This document shows positions 1 through 9,358 of a stretch of DNA of 64,000 bases, in pieces. The translations under genes and the position numbers were made by a program. The notes under the pieces are model-generated. The model did no database searches, was not told the DNA's origin, and saw only the letters and a list, made by a program, of their open reading frames with translations. Position 1 is the stretch's first letter, and each line of letters opens with the position of its first letter. The stretch covers positions 8,480 to 72,479 of the forward strand of contig DATGJB010000057.1 in the NCBI GenBank assembly GCA_035295425.1. The letters run 5' to 3'. The stretch is from Chloroflexota bacterium. Its GTDB lineage: Bacteria; Chloroflexota; UBA5177.

Positions 1-427
1 TCGCTATCGGCCAGCGAGATCCAGAAGTGATTCTCAGCCAGCCGCAGCAGCACCGGATCGTTGAGGATACCGCCCTCGTGGCTGGTGATGAACACGTATT
101 TGCACTGGTCGACCTTGCACTTGTTCAGGTCGCGGGGAATGAGCATATTGGTGAAGGTGAACGCGTCGGGGCCCGTGATCTCGACCTGCTTCTCGACCGC
201 CACATCCCAGAGCGTGACACCGTTTAGCAGATGCCAGTACTCCTCCACCGGATCGCCGTAAACCCGCGGGTGATAGTTGTGGTTGTAGGTCGAATAGAGC
301 AACGGCCTGGGATGACGCGAGGCGTGATAGAAGGCGGATTTGCGGATACGGGTGTACAGCAGGACACCGGGGCTGTCGTGGATCGACTCCATGCTGGCCG
401 CCGGAGCAGTCTCGATCTGCGTCATGG
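1..427 (-). CDS. GcvT-family (aminomethyltransferase-like) tetrahydrofolate-dependent enzyme. Only the N-terminal part is in the window; the C-terminus runs off the left edge.
   Basis: Minus-strand ATG at 425-427 is preceded by GGAGGAGG. The translation MTQIETAPAASMESIHDSPGVLLYTRIRKSAFYHASRHPRPLLYS...VTLWDVAVEKQVEITGPDAFTFTNMLIPRDLNK... reads like a glycine-cleavage T-protein / THF-dependent demethylase N-terminus. Third codon positions are strongly G/C, as in the other genes here. Confidence 0.6.
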
Positions 428-570
428 ATATACCTCCTCCTTGTGTCGTCCCAATCCCTGAAACGGCAACTATGATCGTACCACCGACATAACGGCTACC
501 GAACGCTGACGGCGATGTTCCGTTGACCAAAAAACGATCCCTGCGTCTACCAAATACTCGTGAAGTTCCA

Positions 571-1392
571 TCATGCGGATCTCACGTTAGAGCGCTCGTC
601 CGTCACGCGCCGGAAGCCGAGCGTGCGCGAAATCTCCGCCGCGGCACGCTTCGTCAGCTCGCCGAGCTCTGGAATCGACTCCGCCGGCAGACGGAAGGTG
701 GGACCCGACACGCCGAGCGTCGCCACGATGCTCCCTCCGGTTGAGACAATCGGCGCCGCCACCGCGACCAGCCCGACCTCGAGCTCCGCGATCGAGAAAC
801 CGTAGCCATCGAGACGGATCGCATCCAGCTGCTCATCGAGTCGCGCGCGTTCGGTGATGGTGTTCTCGGTGCAGCGCCGCAACCGTCCGGCGAGGATCGT
901 TCGGCGCCGGCTCGCCGGGAGATGGGCCAGCCAGACCTTGCCATCCGACGTGCAATGCAGGGGAAAATGCCGCCCGGTCCAGCTCACGTTGAGCACCGAG
1001 GGGGACGCCACGGTCTGGTCGATGACCACCACCTCGTCGCCGGCCAATACCGAGATCGTGACGGTCTCCCGTGTCTCGACGCTCAAGCGCTCCGTCACCG
1101 ACCGCGAGGCGCGGACGACGTCGAGCTCCGCCATCACACCGCGTGCCAGCACCACGAGTCCCCAGCCAAGCCGGTAACGCTCGGTCTCGGCATCCTGCTC
1201 GACCAGACCGCGCGCCTTGAGCGTGGCTAACATCCGGTAGGCGGTGGACTTGTGCATGTCGAGCGCATTTGCCACGTCAGTGACGCCCGACCATCCCTGC
1301 CGCGCCAGAAGCTCAAGCACCGATACCGCGCGGTCGACCGATTGCACTTCACTGCCGCGCGCCGCGTGCTCAGGCATGGGCAGCGGTCCCAT
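571..1392 (-). CDS. IclR-family transcriptional regulator
   Basis: N-terminal HTH (SVDRAVSVLELLARQGWSGVTDVANALDMHKSTAYRMLATL) plus a C-terminal IclR effector-binding region. The ORF runs to 1509, but the family length fits the internal MGPLPM start at 1392 (alternative start at 1377). Confidence 0.75.
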   Translation of the reverse strand: MGPLPMPEHAARGSEVQSVDRAVSVLELLARQGWSGVTDVANALDMHKSTAYRMLATLKARGLVEQDAETERYRLGWGLVVLARGVMAELDVVRASRSVTERLSVETRETVTISVLAGDEVVVIDQTVASPSVLNVSWTGRHFPLHCTSDGKVWLAHLPASRRRTILAGRLRRCTENTITERARLDEQLDAIRLDGYGFSIAELEVGLVAVAAPIVSTGGSIVATLGVSGPTFRLPAESIPELGELTKRAAAEISRTLGFRRVTDERSNVRSA

Positions 1393-2281
1393 AATCGTGG
1401 CCTGGGGCGCCGCCCGGAGATGCCAGTGTTGCCACGAGCGCACGCCGCCACTCCTCGCTGCTCTGTACCTGGTTGAAGGTGTTGACGTGGAAGCCGGCGA
1501 TTCCGGCATCGGCCGACACCAGCGCGGGAGCCAGTCCTCGTACCAGGTCGGTCGGATCGTAGCCGCCGGGCTTGAGCAGCATCCCTACCATGCCGGCGTG
1601 CCTCGCCAGGAAGCGGGTTGAGTCCCCGACGCCGATCTTCAGCGAGATCGAGAGCAGCCGCTTGCGATCCACGACGCCGGGGAGGCCGGCGAAGACCGGC
1701 AGCGCGATACCGTTCCGCCGGATACTCGAGACCCAGCTGATGATGACGGCCGGATCGAAGCAGATCTGGGTGACGATGTAGTCGGCGTACGCCGCCTTCG
1801 CCTCGAGCGCCCCCGCCAGCGCCACCTCGTCGACGAGCGGATGCCGCTCCGGGTAACCGGCCACGCCGATCCGCCCGACCCGGTGCTCGATCCTGGAAAG
1901 GCCGAGGAGCAGATCGAGCGCGGAACGGAAGGGGCCGGCTGGTTCCCGTGCGTCACCGCCGATGACGAAGATTTCGCGCACGTTCAGAACGGCGAGCCGC
2001 CGCGTGATTGACTTCAGATGGGCGTCGCCGCCGACCAGTCGGGCGGCGATGTGGGGCACGACGTGGAACCCTCGCTCTGCCAGCCACTCAGCCGCCTGCA
2101 GCGTGCGCTCGATGCCCTTCGCCGGTGACGAGGTGACCGTCACGGTGGCGCCGGCCGGCAGGTGACTCGCTTCCTCCTCCATCCCTTTGATCGGGATGAG
2201 CTCGAAACGAGGAGCGAGTAGAGCCCGTTGCAGTGCCTCTGACTCCTCGCGAGTCCACCCGGACTGTCCCGTCCCGGCCAT
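1370..2281 (-). CDS. metF: 5,10-methylenetetrahydrofolate reductase (MetF family)
   Basis: FELIPIKGMEE, VTVTSSPAKG and a TIM-barrel MTHFR-like sequence throughout. The internal start MAGTGQ gives about 303 aa, which is typical. It overlaps the IclR start by about 20 nt. Confidence 0.7.
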   Translation of the reverse strand: MAGTGQSGWTREESEALQRALLAPRFELIPIKGMEEEASHLPAGATVTVTSSPAKGIERTLQAAEWLAERGFHVVPHIAARLVGGDAHLKSITRRLAVLNVREIFVIGGDAREPAGPFRSALDLLLGLSRIEHRVGRIGVAGYPERHPLVDEVALAGALEAKAAYADYIVTQICFDPAVIISWVSSIRRNGIALPVFAGLPGVVDRKRLLSISLKIGVGDSTRFLARHAGMVGMLLKPGGYDPTDLVRGLAPALVSADAGIAGFHVNTFNQVQSSEEWRRALVATLASPGGAPGHDYGTAAHA

Positions 2282-2406
2282 GTCTGCCACACCTGTGCTC
2301 GTTGCGGTAGCCAAAACTGTCTCGGATAATGAAACAAGTAGCAGGTTCGAGGGAGCCACGTCAAACGTGAGATCGCCCCACGCCGGCAAGCGGCAAGACC
2401 ATCAGG

Positions 2407-3015
2407 TCAGAGGCGGCCAAGCGCCTCGCGGAGCGGTTGAGGCACGCGCGCCGGATCGAGCGCCTCGACCACCAGGCGCGCGTAGCGGATCTTGCGAGTG
2501 CCGCCGCTCCCTAGCCAGCGGCGCAGCTGGTTCTCGACCGGCTGTCCTCGCCACGCCGGCTCCTTCTGCAGGGTGTGAAAGGCGGCCAGCTCGCCCTGCG
2601 CCTCGATGATTGCCCGCATCGCATCGGCGCCCAACGACCGAATCAGCTCATCTTCGAGATCGACGGCACACGCATAGAAGCCCAGATCCTCCATGCCGGC
2701 ACGCGTCAGCGGGGAGCAGTCCGCCAATCCAGCCCGCTGCAGGGCGCGGCGGACCACGTGCTCTTCCCCGATGTCGTAGATGCCCGCGAGCCGCATGTTC
2801 TTTCCTTCAGCGTGGAGGAGATTGAGAACGCGTCCCAGGGCGTGCGCGCCGCCAATCGGGACGATGGTGACACCCTCGCGCTCGAGATTCCGGCCCAGGC
2901 GCGTGGCGGCTGTCTCCATCGCGATTTGATCGCTTACCCCCTCGACCAGCAGCACTGCCCGGGCATCGCCTGTGGTGAGCGTCGGCCGCCGGGCCGCATC
3001 CATCGCCCGCCTCAC
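2407..3015 (-). CDS. Hypothetical protein with a TOPRIM-like motif (OLD-nuclease C-terminal-like)
   Basis: 202 aa. VLLVEGVSDQIAMETAATRLGRNLEREGVTIVPIGGAHALGRVL resembles the acidic LVEG-S/T-D metal-binding core of TOPRIM domains. Codon usage is consistent. No other domain is recognisable by eye. Confidence 0.45.
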   Translation of the reverse strand: MRRAMDAARRPTLTTGDARAVLLVEGVSDQIAMETAATRLGRNLEREGVTIVPIGGAHALGRVLNLLHAEGKNMRLAGIYDIGEEHVVRRALQRAGLADCSPLTRAGMEDLGFYACAVDLEDELIRSLGADAMRAIIEAQGELAAFHTLQKEPAWRGQPVENQLRRWLGSGGTRKIRYARLVVEALDPARVPQPLREALGRL

Positions 3016-3215
3016 GCCTTCATGACAGCCGGCGGTATCGCCACCGCACGGTTACGAGCTTTCTTCGTGTCGCGCCGGCCGGCGCCTCATCAACTATCGA
3101 CACCCATTACCTCATACGGACTGCGATGTCGGACGTCCGGTTACAACGTCTCCACGTCGGACAGCGTTACACGTGCCGAAAGAATTGTCAGCGCCCGAGC
3201 GGGCCGCAACGCGTG

Positions 3216-5795
3216 TCATCGCGGACCGATACCTGCCGACCGGGCTCCCTTCTCTTCTCCTAGAGCCAGCGCGATCACCGCATCGAGCGGCAACTCCCGG
3301 CCGCTCTTCCAGGTCGCCTCGAAGGCGGCGTCGCCCAACGCCCTCCGGGCCTGGAGGTGGATCGGCTCGGCGGTCGCGCGCTCGGCACGCGACATCGGCA
3401 CTCCGTTCTCTTCACGTAGCCGCTCGGCAGCGCCGAACATCATGACCGCTTGATGCACCATCCCGGTATCATGCGCGACCGCGCCGAGATATTCGACGGC
3501 AACCATTATGCCGATGGTTACTCCCTCGTCGGCAGCAAACCGGAGCGCGGCGTGCAGCGGTACGATCGCCTCCTGTGGGCGGCCGAGTCGCCGCAGCAGC
3601 TCGCCCAGGTTGCAGCGGGAGACCAGTATTCCCCAGTGGTCACCGATCGCTTCCCGCACCGCGATGCTTTCCCGGGTGAGGGCCACCCCTCGGTCCAGAT
3701 CTCCACGTCGCTCCTCGGCCAGGGCAAGGGCAGCCAGCGCACCACCGAGGTGTGCCTGATCGCCGGTTCGCCTGGCCAGCACCAGCGCCTCCTCGCAGGA
3801 TCGGACCGCCTCGTCGAACATTTCCCGCTGCGAGGCCACCAACCCACCGTTGATCAAGGTCTGGGTCATGCCCCACTCATCGCCGAGCTCTCGGTAGAGG
3901 CTGAGGCTCTCGTGAAAGCAGGCCGCCGCCGCCGGATAATCGGTCCGGTAGTGGGCGTGCCCGCCCAGCAGATTCAGCGCCGCCGCCGCGCGGGCGGTAT
4001 CCCCGGCGGCGCGGTGGGCATCCAGCGCCTGCTGGCCACGGCGGACCGCGCGGTCCATGTCACCACGCATGAACGCGAAACGGCTGGCCGCAAAGGCGCA
4101 GCGCCCAACCGCGGCCGCGGGCGCGGCCGCGCCGGCGGCATTCAGCAGCTCCTCCGTCCAGGCCTCGCCCTCCTGGACCCGGCCGCGCAGCTCCCAGAAC
4201 CACCCGAGATAGCCGGCGAGCCACAACGCGCAGTCCAGCTCGCCACTGTCGCGGCAGAACCGCAGGGCGGCACGCAGGTCGTCGTAGCCGTGCTCCAGTC
4301 GAGCCGCCCAGTCGCCCTGCTCCGGGCCCTTTCTGGCGCCATCGGCCTGCCTCGCCAGTTCCCGGAAGTAGCCGGCATGGGCGCGGCGCGCCGCCGGTAG
4401 CTCGCCGCTTGCCGCCAGCATCTCGATACCGTACTCACGCACCGTCTGCAGCATCTCGAAGTACGAGCCGGCATCGCCGGCCTGATAGCGAAGCAGGTTC
4501 TTCTCCACCAGTGACACCAGCAGGCGGTCCACGCGCTCTCTCTGCTCGCGACCTGTCTCTCCATCGACCGCGGTGCTGCTCCCCCGGCCGCCCTTCAGGG
4601 CGGCAGACTGGGCACGCCACCGGGCGTCTCCCGCACCCGGGCGACCGGGTGGGAGGACTGCGGCTGCGGCCGCACCATCGAACCCACCGACAAACACTGC
4701 CAGCCACCGGAATGCCGCCTGCTCGTCTTCGCCGAGGAGATCGTAGCTCCACTGAATCGTGTTCCGCATCGCTTGCTGGCGAACCGGCAGATCGCGAGGA
4801 CCGTCGGTCAGCACCGCGAGGCGATGTTCGACCTGCTCCAGCAGCCCCTCGAGCCCGCTGACTTTGACGAGCGGCGCGGCCAGCTCGATCGCCAGCGGCA
4901 GTCCGTCGAGGCGGCGGCAGATCTCGGCGATGACCGGCGCCTCGTCGTCGCCGGCGTGGAAGTCCGGCCGGGCAGCGCGGGCGCGCTGCAAGAAGAGCGC
5001 CAGGGCCGGGTAGCGCAGGAGCGACTGGCTGCCGGAACGGATCGCCGGTTCCGGCACCTCGAGCGGCGGAACCTCCAGCTCCTGCTCACTGCGCAGCCGC
5101 AGCGGCTCGCGGCTGGTGGCAAGGACGCGTAGCCGTGGAGCGCTGTTCAGCAAATCGGCAACGCTGGTGGCCGCGGCCAGTACATGCTCGAAGTTGTCGA
5201 GGACGAGCAAGAGCTCCCGCTCCGCCAGATACGCACCTACGGCATCGAGAACAGTCTGGTTACGTTGCTCCTTGAGGTCCAGCGCCTGCGCTATCAACGC
5301 AATGGCGCGCTCCGCACCATCGGCCGGGGCCAGCGAGACGAAGGCGACGCCGTCGGCGAACTCATCGGCCATTGCCGCGGCCACGCGCAGCGCCAGCCGC
5401 GTCTTTCCGACACCACCGGGCCCGGTGAGGGTAAGCAGACGAAGCTCACCCCAGCGCAGCAGCCTTCGCGCCTCGCCTTCTTCCCGCTCCCGGCCCACGA
5501 ACGGGGTTGGTTCTGCCGGCAGGTGCCGCAGGACCGGTCGTGGGGACGCCGGTAGGCGGCGCCGGCGCGGAACCGTGCGTCGCAGCACTTCCCGATTGTC
5601 GGCCGAAAGCTCGAGTGCATCAGCGAGCATGTCGATGGTCGCCTCGTGCGGCGCCTGCTTGACTCCGCGCTCGAGGTCGCTGACCGCGCGCGCGCTCAGA
5701 CCGGCACGCTCCGCCAGCTCCTCCTGCGTCAGGTCGGCATCGCGCCGGAACTGCCGGAGCAGCCTGCCAAAGGTCGCCGTCGTCGCTTCCGCCAC
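3216..5795 (-). CDS. Large regulatory protein with an N-terminal XRE-type HTH, a central NB-ARC/AAA (STAND) ATPase and C-terminal TPR repeats
   Basis: The HTH is LLRQFRRDADLTQEELAERAGLSARAVSDLERG. The P-loop is LTLTGPGGVGKTRLAL, followed by a LLVLDNFEHV Walker-B-like motif. The C-terminal half is TPR-like (repeated A/L-rich helical hairpins). A low-complexity insert GGRGSSTAVDGETGREQRER is also present. Confidence 0.8.
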   Translation of the reverse strand: MAEATTATFGRLLRQFRRDADLTQEELAERAGLSARAVSDLERGVKQAPHEATIDMLADALELSADNREVLRRTVPRRRRLPASPRPVLRHLPAEPTPFVGREREEGEARRLLRWGELRLLTLTGPGGVGKTRLALRVAAAMADEFADGVAFVSLAPADGAERAIALIAQALDLKEQRNQTVLDAVGAYLAERELLLVLDNFEHVLAAATSVADLLNSAPRLRVLATSREPLRLRSEQELEVPPLEVPEPAIRSGSQSLLRYPALALFLQRARAARPDFHAGDDEAPVIAEICRRLDGLPLAIELAAPLVKVSGLEGLLEQVEHRLAVLTDGPRDLPVRQQAMRNTIQWSYDLLGEDEQAAFRWLAVFVGGFDGAAAAAVLPPGRPGAGDARWRAQSAALKGGRGSSTAVDGETGREQRERVDRLLVSLVEKNLLRYQAGDAGSYFEMLQTVREYGIEMLAASGELPAARRAHAGYFRELARQADGARKGPEQGDWAARLEHGYDDLRAALRFCRDSGELDCALWLAGYLGWFWELRGRVQEGEAWTEELLNAAGAAAPAAAVGRCAFAASRFAFMRGDMDRAVRRGQQALDAHRAAGDTARAAAALNLLGGHAHYRTDYPAAAACFHESLSLYRELGDEWGMTQTLINGGLVASQREMFDEAVRSCEEALVLARRTGDQAHLGGALAALALAEERRGDLDRGVALTRESIAVREAIGDHWGILVSRCNLGELLRRLGRPQEAIVPLHAALRFAADEGVTIGIMVAVEYLGAVAHDTGMVHQAVMMFGAAERLREENGVPMSRAERATAEPIHLQARRALGDAAFEATWKSGRELPLDAVIALALGEEKGARSAGIGPR

Positions 5796-6130
5796 CCGCC
5801 CTCGCTCGCTCCCCAGTCGGGTCCACCCTGCTCACGCTCCCGATTATCCGCCGGGGCACGAACGACGCGATCATAGCAGCTTCCTCTCGTCATACCAACC
5901 GGACCTGGCCTACTGGCTCTGGATCACCCTGGTGCGCGGCGTCATCGGTCAGGAGTTGGACCACCAGCGGGCAACGTGAGCAAAGGTCTGCTTCGCCGCC
6001 TGTAGGCGGATTCCTTGTGCTGGTGCCATGGTGACCCCTTCTTGTCCAGCAAAGCAGCGTGACCGCATGCACGTCCTGGATTGGTACGGATACCACTATG
6101 CCGCCTCCTCGCACCGCTTCACCACGAGCG

Positions 6131-6154
6131 ATCCACACGATTCATCCACACGAT
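6131..6154. repeat. Tandem direct repeat, 2 x ATCCACACGAT separated by TC
   Basis: Exact 11-mer duplicated with a 13-nt period. It sits inside a ~640-bp gene-free stretch (5796..6433) between the regulator start and the aldehyde dehydrogenase stop. Confidence 0.5.
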
Positions 6155-6433
6155 GCCTGCGCCAGGGGCGTCCCGGTCCTGGGCACACCTGTGCGTGCAA
6201 CCACTCCGGCTCCAGCGTGACCACCTCGAACCAGATGAAATTGCGGTCGAAGGGCCATGCAATACGAAGGTCGTGGTCAAGAGCCGCCACCGTTTGCGAA
6301 AGAGTCGGTGGTGCAGAGCACGCGCATTCGTGTCGGTACTCTCTCCGCCGTCGACGAGCGCATCAAACGCAGCCCGCCATGATCCGACGATGCAGGTTCG
6401 TGTGGAATGACTGCGAGCGGGCTTGAGCTTGCT

Positions 6434-7924
6434 CTACAGGCTGATGATGACCGTCTTCAGCTCGGTGAAGGTCTCCATCGAGTAGCGGCCGCCCACCCGG
6501 CCAATGCCGGATTGCGAGCCGGCACGCCCGCCAAAGGGTAAGTGGCTCTCCCAGTAGTTAGAGGACTCGTTGATGTTCACCCAGCCGGCGCGCGCCGCCT
6601 CGGCGAAGCGCAGTCCGCGCGCCAGGTCGCGCGTCCAGACCGCGGTCAGGAGGCCATACGGCGAGGCGTTGATGATCGCCAGCGCCTCGTCCTCACCGCG
6701 GATGGTCGAGATCGGGATGATTGGCCCGAACGTCTCCTCGCGTGCCACCTCCATCTCATCCGTCACCCGGTCCAGTACCGTCGGCTGGTAGTAGAGATCG
6801 CTGCCGAACCCGCTCTCGCGCCTGCCGCCGTTGACCACCTCTGCGCCACGCTGCACCGCGTCGGCGATGTGGCGGTCCATCTTCCGGGCGGTCGGCTCGT
6901 TGTTGAGCGGGCCCATCGTCGTCTCCGAGTCGAACGGATCGCCGAGCCGGATGCTGCGCGCCATCGCCGCCTTCAGCTTCTCCAGGAACTCGTCGTGCAC
7001 CGCCTCGTGCACCAGGAAGCGCTCGCCGGCGGTGCAGCTCTGCCCGGCGCAGAGAAACGCGGCGGCCAGGCTGGCCTCGGCGGCGGCATCGAGGTCCGCA
7101 TCCTCCAGGATCACCATCGGACCGTTGCCGCCCATCTCCAGCAACAGTGCCTTGCCCGCCGCCCGCTCCGCCACGCGGTGCCCGGTGGCGATCGAGCCGA
7201 TGAAGCCAATCGCGTGCGTCCCGGGATTGGCCGCCACCTCGTCGCCGACCACCGGACCGAGTCCGGTGACCAGGTTGAAGACGCCGGCCGGCAACCCGGC
7301 GTCGACGATGCACTCCGCCAGCTTGACCGCGCAGATCGAGGTGGTTGGGGCCGGGACCCAGACCACGGCGTTACCCGAGGCCAGCGCCGGAGCCAGTACC
7401 TCGGCCGGCATCGTGTACGGCCAGTTCCATGGCGTAATCACCCCAACCACGCCGCGCGGCACCCGGTACGCCAGCACTCGCTTGCCGGCGTCGACCGACG
7501 GCGGCATCGCGCCTTCCAGGCGCCTGGCATCGGCCGCCGCCATCTTGAAGTACTCGATCAGCTCGGCCACCTCGCCGTATGCCTCGGCGGCCAGCGGTTT
7601 GCCCTGGTCGAGCGTCAGAGTAAGGGCAAGATCGTCGAGGCGCTCGCCGATGATCTCGGCGATGCGCTCCATCAGCTCGGCCCGCTCGAACGCGGTGCGC
7701 CTCGCCCATTCCGGCTGCGCTCGATTGGCGGCTGTAATAGCGCGCTGCACGTCGGTCCGCGTCCCTTCCGGCACCGAGCCGATTATCTGACCCGTGGCGG
7801 GACTCCACGCCTCCATCCGGGCGCCGCCCTCGCTCTCGATCCACTGGCCGTCGATATACATGGCGTAGTGGCGCGGCGCGATCCGGTCCCCGGCGGCCGC
7901 GGCCGCGTGCGTCTCGACGCTCAT
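6434..7924 (-). CDS. Aldehyde dehydrogenase family protein (NAD(P)+)
   Basis: Start MSVETHAAAA at 7924; the part of the 682-aa track ORF above 7924 is an artefact. ALDH hallmarks are present: VGVITPWNWP, the ELGGNGP-like EMGGNGP, and the catalytic-Cys region FLCAGQSCTAGERF. It overlaps the upstream ADH stop by 4 nt. Confidence 0.85.
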   Translation of the reverse strand: MSVETHAAAAAGDRIAPRHYAMYIDGQWIESEGGARMEAWSPATGQIIGSVPEGTRTDVQRAITAANRAQPEWARRTAFERAELMERIAEIIGERLDDLALTLTLDQGKPLAAEAYGEVAELIEYFKMAAADARRLEGAMPPSVDAGKRVLAYRVPRGVVGVITPWNWPYTMPAEVLAPALASGNAVVWVPAPTTSICAVKLAECIVDAGLPAGVFNLVTGLGPVVGDEVAANPGTHAIGFIGSIATGHRVAERAAGKALLLEMGGNGPMVILEDADLDAAAEASLAAAFLCAGQSCTAGERFLVHEAVHDEFLEKLKAAMARSIRLGDPFDSETTMGPLNNEPTARKMDRHIADAVQRGAEVVNGGRRESGFGSDLYYQPTVLDRVTDEMEVAREETFGPIIPISTIRGEDEALAIINASPYGLLTAVWTRDLARGLRFAEAARAGWVNINESSNYWESHLPFGGRAGSQSGIGRVGGRYSMETFTELKTVIISL

Positions 7925-9093
7925 CGCGTTCCCCGCCGGAATGCGTTTCGGTACATCTCCTCGTAGTCGGCGACGGTGGCAGGCCGGGGGTTCCCAATCG
8001 TCTGCGGATCGTCGTACGCCATCTGCGCCAGCATGGGGATCTCCTCGGGAGAGAAGCCCATCTCTTCCATCGTTGGAATCTCGACCTCCTCGGTCAGCCG
8101 GTAGACGGCCTCGACACCGGCCATCGCCGCCTCCAGCTCGGACATGCCGTGCGTGCCCACGCCCAGCGCCACCGCGATGCGAGCGTACCGCTCGGGGTCG
8201 GCCGGCGCGTTGAACTCGCACACGGGGCCGAGCACGCGTGCCGTCAGGGCGCCATGCATGCAGTCGTGAACCCCGCCCGCCGACTGGCTCATGGCATGCG
8301 CGGCGCCGGCACTCTCCGTGCCGTACGCCATGCCGCCCAGGGTCGCGGCGTGCATCATGTGGATGCGCGCCTCGAGGTTTCCTCCGTCCCGGTAGGCGAT
8401 CGGCAGCCAGCGCCCGACCAGTGCGATCGCCTCCAGCGCTACCGCGTCGTTGAACGGCTGGTGATAGTCGCAGGTGAAGCACTCGATCCCATGAGAAAGC
8501 GCGTCCATGCCGGTCGCCGCGGTGACCGCCGGCGGCAGGCCGAGCGTCAGCGTGGGGTCGAGCAGGGCGACGTGCGGCCCAATGAGCGGCGTGCCTCCGA
8601 CATTGAACTTCAGCTTGCGTCCGTGGTCGGTGACTACCGCCCAGAGGGTCACCTCGCTTCCGGTGCCGGCGGTCGTCGGGATGGCGACCATTGGCGGAAT
8701 CCGCCGGGTCAGCGGTGTATGCCCGTACTCGTAGTCGGCGATCGAACCGCCGTGCCGGATGACCACGCCGACCGACTTGGCGGTATCCATCGAGCTGCCT
8801 CCGCCGAGCGCCACCAGCCCATCACAGCCCTCGGCCGCATAGATCGCGGCGGCCCGCTCGACCAGCTCGATATCGGGGTTAGGATAGACCTGATCGAAGA
8901 GGACGGCGTTGCGCAGCTCTTGCATCGCCCGGTCGGCGAGGCCGGCGGCGGCCACGCCCCGATCGGTCACCACAAACGGGCGGCGGATGCCCAGCTCGGC
9001 CACGATCTCACCCAGCTGGGAGAGCGATCCCGGCCCGTGCACGATCCGTGTCGGGACCTCGACGGCACGCACTGTCTCTACTTCAACGGTCAT
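7921..9093 (-). CDS. Iron-containing (group III) alcohol dehydrogenase
   Basis: GGGSSMDTAKS glycine-rich NAD motif and the Fe-ADH His cluster (HGIECFTCDYH, HAMSQSAGGVHDCMHGA). 390 aa. Translationally coupled (ATGA overlap) to the downstream ALDH. Confidence 0.85.
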   Translation of the reverse strand: MTVEVETVRAVEVPTRIVHGPGSLSQLGEIVAELGIRRPFVVTDRGVAAAGLADRAMQELRNAVLFDQVYPNPDIELVERAAAIYAAEGCDGLVALGGGSSMDTAKSVGVVIRHGGSIADYEYGHTPLTRRIPPMVAIPTTAGTGSEVTLWAVVTDHGRKLKFNVGGTPLIGPHVALLDPTLTLGLPPAVTAATGMDALSHGIECFTCDYHQPFNDAVALEAIALVGRWLPIAYRDGGNLEARIHMMHAATLGGMAYGTESAGAAHAMSQSAGGVHDCMHGALTARVLGPVCEFNAPADPERYARIAVALGVGTHGMSELEAAMAGVEAVYRLTEEVEIPTMEEMGFSPEEIPMLAQMAYDDPQTIGNPRPATVADYEEMYRNAFRRGTR

Positions 9094-9291
9094 GATGTAC
9101 CTCTCAGCACTTCTCGCTTGTCATTGCCGCTCGCGCCGGAGCGCATCCGGTCAGACGCTTCATCGCTCCCGCCCGACGCTCAGCCGGCCGCGTCACGACG
9201 TGGACCGGCGGCGGACAGCCGCACCGCGGTTCGCGCCGCGGTCCGTTCTTGCGGCCCGTCCTCCGCTGCCGATCTAAGAATACTTCACGCG

Positions 9292-9331
9292 CCGGCACCC
9301 CCTGGCCCGGTAGCGGGCCAGGGGGTGCCGG
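9292..9331 (-). terminator. Perfect 18-bp-stem hairpin (CCGGCACCCCCTGGCCCG-GTAG-CGGGCCAGGGGGTGCCGG); candidate intrinsic terminator downstream of the permease gene
   Basis: Perfect inverted repeat, read directly. On the minus strand it is followed by GUAUUCUUAG, a weak U-run. Placement is 28 nt after the permease stop. Confidence 0.4.
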
Positions 9332-9358
9332 ATGAGTTGGAGCGACGGTTGACGCCGG

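Noticed and set aside
6434-8482. N-terminal extension of the aldehyde dehydrogenase ORF (to 8482), and similar extensions of GH4 (45470..47155), oppD (to 40980), the HEXXH protein (from 54513) and dprA (from 29524).
   Set aside because: The extensions run antisense or out of frame through neighbouring genes, are low-complexity, and family-typical N-termini with SD sequences occur at the internal starts chosen (7924, 45776, 40929, 54957, 29617).
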